DNA from: Bacillales bacterium UBA6380
GTDB lineage: Bacteria > Bacillota_I > Bacilli_A > RFN20 > CAG-826
Assembly: GCA_002438785.1 (NCBI GenBank)
Contig: DJQS01000011.1
Span: 94,888-158,887, forward strand
Direction of reading: 5' to 3'
Length of the DNA stretch: 64,000 nt
A program made the position numbers and the translations under genes. This document shows, one piece after another, positions 57,568-64,000 of this stretch. Position 1 is the stretch's first letter; each line of letters opens with the position of its first letter. The notes under the pieces were generated by a model. It saw nothing but the letters and a program-made list of their open reading frames with translations, did not search any database and had not been told where the DNA came from.

Positions 57568-58068
57568 AGTTATCTTCTAATCTTATAAAGATAATCAAAT
57601 TATTTAGTAGTTATATTTAATGTATACTTATTGTTCTAATATAAATATTAATCAAACAGTAATTAATTTTTATTTGATGTTTTACATTCTACTAGTGCAC
57701 CATTAAATTAATAAATATTTTAAATGAATAACTTTTAAATTAAATATATTAGCATAGTAAAATTATGCCTTTTTATTTTTTTACCATAATAATTAATTTT
57801 AGCAAAATAAATTAATTATTAATTATTTAACAAGAATATAAAAAATATATTTTTTAATGCATTAAATTTTATCAATTGATAATTATTGATGTTAACTTAT
57901 GTTACAACTTTTTATTAAAACGATAGTAAATATGATATTTTTTACAAATTTTTAGGAAAAATATGGTGGTTAATTTGTTTTATAAAAAGTATAATAAACA
58001 TAAGTGAATATAGAAAAATGATGCATTAATAAATTATATTTGTACATCGTTTTGGAGGGTAATTTTCT

Positions 58069-58911
58069 ATGGATAACTGTCTTATTAGGGTTAATGAGGC
58101 ATTAGATACTTTTTCAAAACAAGAATTAAAAGTAGCTAATTATGTCTTAAAACATCCAAATGAAGTCTCAATAATGACTGTAGCTGAACTTTCACATAAA
58201 TGTAAATGTTCAACAGCTACAATAATGCGTTTTTGCTATGCTTTAAAATACGACGGATATCGAGATTTTATTAAATCTCTTTATAGTGAAGTAAGAAACA
58301 AAGATCAAAATCAAGAACAGATTTATAGCTTTAATAATGCTAAGAATCTCGATGAAATGTCTATTAAATCACTAATTTATACTATAAGCAAACTTAATTT
58401 CGAAGCCATAAACTCAACCTCAAAAATTTTAAATGAAGATGATGTTTCAAAAGCTATCAATCTTATTGATAAAGCTAATAAAGTCCATATTTATGCTTTA
58501 AGTGGTTCCGTAGTCGTAGCAGATGATGCAGTTTTTAAATTTCAACGATTAGGAATTGATGCACAATCTTATAAAGATCAGCATTCACAAATTTTATCTG
58601 CTAGTTTTTTAAATCCTAGTGATGTTGCACTTGTTATTTCATATACCGGTGAAACAGATGATATTCTAAATACAGCCAAAATTCTAAAAAAGAATAAAAT
58701 TCCAGTTATAGCTATTTTAAAATATGGCGACAATTCCTTATCAAAATTGGCCGATATAAATTTATATCACTCATCTATAGGAAAAGATTTAAAAACGTAT
58801 TCAACTCGCTCTCGCGTAGTTCAAAATAACATAATTGACATATTATTTACTGCTTTGTCTCAAATTAGAAAAGACCAACTTGATAAATATTATAAATTAT
58901 TTGCTAAATAA
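58069..58911 (+). CDS. RpiR/MurR-family transcriptional regulator (HTH_6 + SIS domain)
   Basis: N-terminal RpiR-type HTH (ELKVANYVLKHPNEVSIMTVAELSHKCKCSTATIMRF) and a SIS domain. GGAGGG RBS. Confidence 0.85.
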   Translation: MDNCLIRVNEALDTFSKQELKVANYVLKHPNEVSIMTVAELSHKCKCSTATIMRFCYALKYDGYRDFIKSLYSEVRNKDQNQEQIYSFNNAKNLDEMSIKSLIYTISKLNFEAINSTSKILNEDDVSKAINLIDKANKVHIYALSGSVVVADDAVFKFQRLGIDAQSYKDQHSQILSASFLNPSDVALVISYTGETDDILNTAKILKKNKIPVIAILKYGDNSLSKLADINLYHSSIGKDLKTYSTRSRVVQNNIIDILFTALSQIRKDQLDKYYKLFAK

Positions 58912-58948
58912 AATATTATTTTAATATATAAACTTATTCGTACCTTTT

Positions 58949-61330
58949 TTATAGAGGTAAATCTTTCTTATTGAAATAAGCTATACCAATATTTGTTGTT
59001 ATAAGAGAAATTGCCAATAAACCAACTAATTTAAGCCAATAAATAGCTTCGCCATTCATGGCCGCAAGGCCATCATATAAAGAGTCGATTGTAAAATAAT
59101 TAAAAATATCCATTGAGTCAATTCTAATAGCTCCAGGCATTGCCTTGCTCCCAAATAATCCTAAAATTGAACATATAAAGAAAAATATATTGATTCCACC
59201 ACCAATTCCTATTGCATAACGAGTTTTATTAAATATACAACTAGATAAAAAGCAAATTCCACTCATTGCAATAATAACCATTACAGATCCTAAAGCAAAT
59301 TTAAGAATATCAGATAAAAGTAATGATTCTAAGAAATCAGTTCCTCCAATTGCAATACCAACTTCTCTAGAAATAATTGCCCCTAAAAATAAGATAATTC
59401 CAGAAGCTATTTCACTAACAGCTAAATAAACTGCTTGAGTAAATACAAATGTATTTCTAGTTGTAGGTGTTGCTAAAGTAAAAGCTAAAGAGCCAGTTTC
59501 TACTTTTTCTGCAACTAATCCGTTTGACAAGATGATTGTGTATACTAAAGGCATAAGTAAACATGCCATTCCAAAAGCAACTACACCAACCATAAATCCA
59601 TAAGTATTCATGTTTCCTAATTCAGTGAGTGTATCCATCAAATCTAAAGGTAAGGAACCAGTAACAGTTTTACAAGCTAACGACATACTTACTAGCATTG
59701 CATCCATCATAGAATATTTATTACTATATTCATTATATAAATCATTGTAACTACTTAACCCACTTACTGCATAGACTCTTAGTAATTTTATAATTGACTC
59801 TCCAGTCATTCCCATGTAATCGCTTGGTAATTCATCAATAGAAATAATTGACGTACCTTTAGCAGTGTTATACTGGTTAATTATTGTATTTTGACCTTCT
59901 TCAATTATCGTATCAATTGACTTATTTTTAATTGCTTCATAATCAATATTCTCCCCATCAAAATATGCGTTCTTATTTTCATAATTTCTATTAATAAATT
60001 CCACCATAAAAGAACTTATATATTTTTTAGACATGTCTATTGAAGACTTAGCATCTTCTTTAGCTTTTTTTATTTCCTTATCAGAATATTCTTTACCTGT
60101 AATAATTGCTTTGTTTTTCTTTTCTAAAATACTAGGTGCATTGCCCATTGTACCATTAACTCTAATAAATTTATCTGGCTCATATTTGGTCGATTCTACT
60201 TCTTTGTAAATAATATTTCCATTACTATCAACTGTACCGGTTGATTCTTTTATTAATGGAAGCCCTCTAACACTTGTTATGTATTCAACTTTGTATGAAG
60301 GAAGATAATTTAAATAAGCAAAATCTTCCAAAGAATTAACAATTACATCAATTACAGCATTAGATAAACTTTCGTTGTAATAATTATCAACGTTACCAAT
60401 AAACGATTCTTTTCTTTCTTCATATTTTTCTTTTAAATCATCAATTAAGTAATTTACTTGTTCGCTCAAAGATGTATCCGTAGCTAATCGGATAATTTCA
60501 AAAGAAACTTCAGTTGAAACTTCTTTTGCAATTGTTTTTAACTTTGTTGCATCGTTAATACCATCTATTCTACCATTATAAGTATCAATTGAAGAAATTA
60601 CTAAATTTTTTATTTTTTCAACATTTTCATCACTTACCTGCTCATATTGTTTTTTAATTGTATCTGATAAATAGTTTCCAATAGCATTAATTAATCTATT
60701 TTTAGTTGAAGTGTTATCGTTCATTGTATGATAATATTCATCTATATAATATGGAATAATTTGTTTAACAAGTTCTTTTTGCTCATTGCTCATTGATGAA
60801 AATAAATTTAAATAAGTGTTAACAAGACTAATAGTTTGACTTTTAGCACTTTCATGATTATTTTCAATATCATATAAACGCTTATACGTAGTCTCAACGT
60901 ATTTTAGAGATTGTTGTGTATTGGAATCATCAATTTGTTCATACATCGACGATAAAGAATTTACTAATTCTTTTTGATTATTTGAAAACATTTCATATGT
61001 TTCAGCAGCTTGACTAAAACCAGTATAAAGCCCAATAACACCAGTTTTAACAGTCGATTCTGTGTCGGCGTTTTGAAACATATCAGTCATAGCTTTTTTT
61101 GTTTCATTTATGTTTAAACTTGCTAAAATCATTACAACAATAATAACTAATAAAGCATTGCCTAACGAAACAATTGACCATGAGCCCCAATAACTTTTGA
61201 TGTTTTCTTTAAATAAAGCCCACGAAAATAAGCCTTTATGTCTATTACTGGTTAGTTTTATAGTATTGGTATTTTCAGGAAATTCTAAATTTTCATTTGT
61301 ATTTAGCTGACTTTTTTTATTTTTTAGCAT
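58949..61330 (-). CDS. ABC-2-type permease with a ~500-aa extracytoplasmic domain (YhgE/Pip-like architecture)
   Basis: One N-terminal TM, a long coiled/charged external region, and five C-terminal TM segments. Start at MLKNKK (ATG 61328-61330), which follows AGGAGA and overlaps the upstream ATPase stop. Confidence 0.7.
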   Translation of the reverse strand: MLKNKKSQLNTNENLEFPENTNTIKLTSNRHKGLFSWALFKENIKSYWGSWSIVSLGNALLVIIVVMILASLNINETKKAMTDMFQNADTESTVKTGVIGLYTGFSQAAETYEMFSNNQKELVNSLSSMYEQIDDSNTQQSLKYVETTYKRLYDIENNHESAKSQTISLVNTYLNLFSSMSNEQKELVKQIIPYYIDEYYHTMNDNTSTKNRLINAIGNYLSDTIKKQYEQVSDENVEKIKNLVISSIDTYNGRIDGINDATKLKTIAKEVSTEVSFEIIRLATDTSLSEQVNYLIDDLKEKYEERKESFIGNVDNYYNESLSNAVIDVIVNSLEDFAYLNYLPSYKVEYITSVRGLPLIKESTGTVDSNGNIIYKEVESTKYEPDKFIRVNGTMGNAPSILEKKNKAIITGKEYSDKEIKKAKEDAKSSIDMSKKYISSFMVEFINRNYENKNAYFDGENIDYEAIKNKSIDTIIEEGQNTIINQYNTAKGTSIISIDELPSDYMGMTGESIIKLLRVYAVSGLSSYNDLYNEYSNKYSMMDAMLVSMSLACKTVTGSLPLDLMDTLTELGNMNTYGFMVGVVAFGMACLLMPLVYTIILSNGLVAEKVETGSLAFTLATPTTRNTFVFTQAVYLAVSEIASGIILFLGAIISREVGIAIGGTDFLESLLLSDILKFALGSVMVIIAMSGICFLSSCIFNKTRYAIGIGGGINIFFFICSILGLFGSKAMPGAIRIDSMDIFNYFTIDSLYDGLAAMNGEAIYWLKLVGLLAISLITTNIGIAYFNKKDLPL

Positions 61331-62231
61331 ATAAATTATCTCCTTTCCTTCTTTCCTCAAAATATTTAGTTAAATCATATTTTATTTCACTAAAAAATCT
61401 TAAATCATAATTAGATAATTCTCTTATTAAAATTGAAATATTACTTTTTTTAACTCTTAATGTTAATTGATTAAATTTTTCTTGTTCTCGAATTATATCA
61501 GTTCGAGAATATTTAAATTTTTCATAAGCTTCTTTTTCCTTAAATTCAAATTTAAAATCTCTAAAATCAATATTATGAATAAAATTAACATCAGCAATAT
61601 CTAATATTTTACCATTAGAAAGCAAAATTACTCTATCACAAACCTTTTCTAATTCTTCAATACTATTACTAGACATGAAGATGGTTGTACCTTTATTTTT
61701 TTCTTCTAAAACTATTTTAAGTAACTCATCTCTCATCAATGGATCTAGACCTGTTGTTGGTTCATCTAAGAAAACGATTGGAGGATGTTTCATAAATGCA
61801 GTTACTATCGCAGTTTTCTGTTTCATGCCTTTAGACATTCTTTTTGGATATGCGCGAATATCAAGTTGTAAACGTTTAATTAATGAATCTGCATATTCAA
61901 AATCAGTTATTCCACACATTTTGGCATAACTATGTAGAAAAATAATTCCGCTTTTTACATCAGGAAAATTAATTTCACCTGGAACATATCCTATATATCT
62001 TTTAGTATCAGCAGCACATTTATAAGCATCTAAATTATCTATGGTTATTTTACCACTATCAGATTTTATAAATCCCATTAATTGTCTCATCAATGTAGTT
62101 TTACCAGCACCATTTTCTCCGACAATTCCAACAGCTTCGCCCTTTGATATATCAAAAGAAATATTAAAATTTCCTCTTCCTTGGCCATAATCTTTAGTAA
62201 CATTATCTATTATTATATATTTATTAGGCAT
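61317..62231 (-). CDS. ABC transporter ATP-binding protein with a C-terminal accessory domain
   Basis: GENGAGKTT, MSKGMKQK signature and VFLDEP. Confidence 0.88.
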   Translation of the reverse strand: MPNKYIIIDNVTKDYGQGRGNFNISFDISKGEAVGIVGENGAGKTTLMRQLMGFIKSDSGKITIDNLDAYKCAADTKRYIGYVPGEINFPDVKSGIIFLHSYAKMCGITDFEYADSLIKRLQLDIRAYPKRMSKGMKQKTAIVTAFMKHPPIVFLDEPTTGLDPLMRDELLKIVLEEKNKGTTIFMSSNSIEELEKVCDRVILLSNGKILDIADVNFIHNIDFRDFKFEFKEKEAYEKFKYSRTDIIREQEKFNQLTLRVKKSNISILIRELSNYDLRFFSEIKYDLTKYFEERRKGDNLYAKK

Positions 62232-62232
62232 A

Positions 62233-63162
62233 TTAATTTATCCCAACATAAGATTTATTTTCCTTATAAAAAGACATGAAATAATCTTCCAAAGTCTCTT
62301 TAATTTCTTTAAAATCAATCAATTCGTATTTTGAAAGGTCTTTCATTAAGTAATTTATATTTGAATCATTAATTGAAAGTACTACTTCATAATTTTTTTT
62401 ATCATGATGAACAATTTTAAGAAAATTTTGCTCTTCATTTAAAAAAGAATTAAAATCATATAAATTTATAAAATTTAAAATATAATTCTTGTTAGCTTTG
62501 TGTTTTAGATCACTTGATAGAAAAATTGACACAATTTTTCCATCTTTTATAACAGCGATTCGATCGCAGCAATCATCTATTTCTTTAAAAATATGACTCG
62601 ACATAAGAATAGTTTTTCCACGTTTTTTTTCTTCAAGAACTAAATTAATGAATACATCTTGCATTTCTGGATCTAAGCCACTACTAGGTTCATCCATAAT
62701 TATTATATCTGGGTCATTCATAAAACAACAAACAACTGCCAATTTCCTTTTCATTCCTAAAGACATTTCTTTGCATAATAATTTAGTATCTAATTTAAAT
62801 AAAGTAATTAAATAATTTAAAAAAGTGTCATCAACTACATTCTTTAATGATTTTTGTATTTTAATAAATTCTGCACCTGTTAGAGCTTCTGGCAAGGCAA
62901 TTTCTCCTGGTAAATATGATACGTTTTTCATTACTTCTTCATGATATTTAAAACTATTCTTACCATCAATCAAAGTTTCACCATGATCAGGTTTTGAAAA
63001 TCCCATTAAATGGCGAATTGTCGTAGATTTACCTGCACCATTTGGACCTAAAAATCCAAAGCATTCGCCTTTAAACACATCAAAAGAAACACCAAAGATG
63101 CCACGACCTTGTCCGTAATCTTTTTCTAAATTTTTAATTTCGATTACACGATTGCCTTCCAT
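62233..63162 (-). CDS. ABC transporter ATP-binding protein with a C-terminal accessory domain
   Basis: GPNGAGKST, LSLGMKRK and IIMDEP. Start probably MEGNRVIEI (ATG 63160-63162), 5 nt after GGAGG. The track start is 63174. Confidence 0.88.
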   Translation of the reverse strand: MEGNRVIEIKNLEKDYGQGRGIFGVSFDVFKGECFGFLGPNGAGKSTTIRHLMGFSKPDHGETLIDGKNSFKYHEEVMKNVSYLPGEIALPEALTGAEFIKIQKSLKNVVDDTFLNYLITLFKLDTKLLCKEMSLGMKRKLAVVCCFMNDPDIIIMDEPSSGLDPEMQDVFINLVLEEKKRGKTILMSSHIFKEIDDCCDRIAVIKDGKIVSIFLSSDLKHKANKNYILNFINLYDFNSFLNEEQNFLKIVHHDKKNYEVVLSINDSNINYLMKDLSKYELIDFKEIKETLEDYFMSFYKENKSYVGIN

Positions 63163-63185
63163 CATTTCCTCCATTTATTATTATA

Positions 63186-63268
63186 ATACATTAGTTTTTT
63201 AAGATACTCTATAACTATTTTACTTGTATTACAATAGTTTACTTGTATAATAATATTTATACATTAGT
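63186..63268. promoter_or_regulatory. nested direct repeats and a small palindrome in the ABC/TetR divergent region (candidate operator)
   Basis: ATACATTAGT occurs at 63186 and 63259. TTTACTTGTAT occurs at 63219 and 63238. Palindrome TTGTA-T-TACAA lies at 63224-63234. Confidence 0.35.
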
Positions 63269-63332
63269 ATCAAGTCAATACTCATGTATAGTTATTAAAC
63301 TTTTTATTAAAATAAGTTTATTTTGGAGTTTT

Positions 63333-63932
63333 ATGAAAGCAATGATAAAGAAAAAAGAAGACGCAAGAATTGTTAGAAGTAAAAGAGACCTAGCAAATTC
63401 ATTAGAAAAATTATTAGAACTTAAAAATTATGATGATATCACGATTAAAGAAATCTGTGAAAATGCATTAGTTAGTAAATTAACTTTCTATAATAATTTT
63501 TATGATAAAAATGAACTTTTAAAGTTTCTTTTTGCTAGATATGTAAATGAGATTACCTCTGAAATAGATTTATTATTTAATTATAAAAAAGATAATAAAG
63601 TATTATATAAAGATATAATAAGAACAATAATCCATTATTTTTATAAAAATAAAGAGAGATTTTCAAAAGTTATTCAAAATGATAGATCACATACTATGTT
63701 TTGGAATATAAATTTATTCATAAATGATATAACTCCATTATTGACATCAATTTATGATAAGCTAATTCACTTTAATGTTCCAAAAGAGATCTTATCTTCT
63801 TATTATGTTGGTGCATTTGCAAACATTCTTTATACAACAAACGAGAAAGATTTAAATATAAGCGAAGAAAAAATGACTGAATATATTTATAATCTCACTT
63901 TAGGTTTAGGAATTAAAATAATAAACGATTAA
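63333..63932 (+). CDS. TetR/AcrR-family transcriptional regulator
   Basis: N-terminal TetR HTH (ITIKEICENALVSKLTFYNNF). Start moved to MKAMIKKK (ATG 63333), which follows GGAG. The track start is an upstream TTG. Confidence 0.85.
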   Translation: MKAMIKKKEDARIVRSKRDLANSLEKLLELKNYDDITIKEICENALVSKLTFYNNFYDKNELLKFLFARYVNEITSEIDLLFNYKKDNKVLYKDIIRTIIHYFYKNKERFSKVIQNDRSHTMFWNINLFINDITPLLTSIYDKLIHFNVPKEILSSYYVGAFANILYTTNEKDLNISEEKMTEYIYNLTLGLGIKIIND

Positions 63933-64000
63933 TTTGTATTGCTATTTAATAATAATCGTTAAATTTATAAATCTTTGATTATATGCATTTTTTATCGTAA

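Noticed and set aside
57568-58068. 500-nt AT-rich region upstream of the RpiR gene, checked for an ncRNA, riboswitch or mobile-element end
   Set aside because: It is extremely AT-rich with no stable helices. It has no inverted terminal repeats or transposase remnant. The only notable element is a short palindrome (ATCAATTGAT). This is not enough to call a feature.
61675-61929. 84-aa plus-strand ORF
   Set aside because: It is antisense to the ABC ATPase gene across its Walker B/signature region.
871-63932. N-terminal extensions in the ORF track for nusA, hydB, hydC, rplC, rplX, rpsN, rplO, map, the HAD hydrolase, the histidine kinase, the permease at 58949, the ATPase at 62233, and TetR
   Set aside because: In each case an internal ATG follows a GGAGG-like RBS and matches the conserved family N-terminus. 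The track start is merely the most upstream in-frame start, often TTG, and it overlaps the preceding gene.
1-64000. Mollicutes genetic code 4 (UGA = Trp), suggested by the extreme AT content and gene content
   Set aside because: TGA ends adk (45121-45123), P4 (28934-36) and SipW1 (10981-83) exactly where homology and the next gene's RBS say they should end. Trp is encoded by TGG in conserved motifs (ISAW, SPGW). Long ORFs are intact under code 11.
1-64000. Search for CRISPR arrays, rRNA/tRNA genes, IS elements, integrases, toxin-antitoxin pairs and classical defence genes
   Set aside because: No regularly spaced repeats, cloverleaf-capable GC-rich segments, transposase or integrase motifs, or restriction, Cas or abortive-infection signatures were seen in any frame.

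Overview
The window is strongly AT-rich and gene-dense. It looks like a Mollicutes- or Erysipelotrichia-like Bacillota genome that uses the standard code: TGA clearly terminates adk, the 839-aa surface protein and one signal peptidase, and Trp is TGG. Most genes are housekeeping and lie on the minus strand. These include rimP-nusA-ylxR-infB, a phosphonate-type ABC importer, and a complete S10-spc-alpha ribosomal cluster (rpsJ to rplQ, with secY, adk, map, infA, rpmJ and rpoA). Also present are coaD/rsmD, def, RNase J, maf, nadK, spx, coaX, a HydABC-type [FeFe] hydrogenase operon and several ABC transporters. No rRNA, tRNA, CRISPR array or transposase is visible. The standout content is two paralogous loci (7741-12679 and 27784-31453). 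Each is built around a divergent SipW/ER-type signal peptidase. Together they encode five secreted proteins that share a TasA-style leader ending G-x-G-[FI]-S-A-W. One of these is a 47-aa ORF absent from the ORF track. Locus 1 lies divergent to a two-component system. The 561-bp intergenic region between them holds a (TA)11 tract and helically phased TTCACAA direct repeats. I read these loci as a candidate undescribed SipW-dependent surface fibre/adhesin system. Secondary oddities:
- a Cys-to-Ser change in the HydA H-cluster L1 motif
- a perfect cre palindrome inside the hydrogenase promoter
- a terminator hairpin in the rimP-nusA leader
- long extensions on NusA and several ribosomal proteins
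- no rpmD at its usual position
- a decayed Cof-type HAD pseudogene in a 1.5-kb non-coding gap
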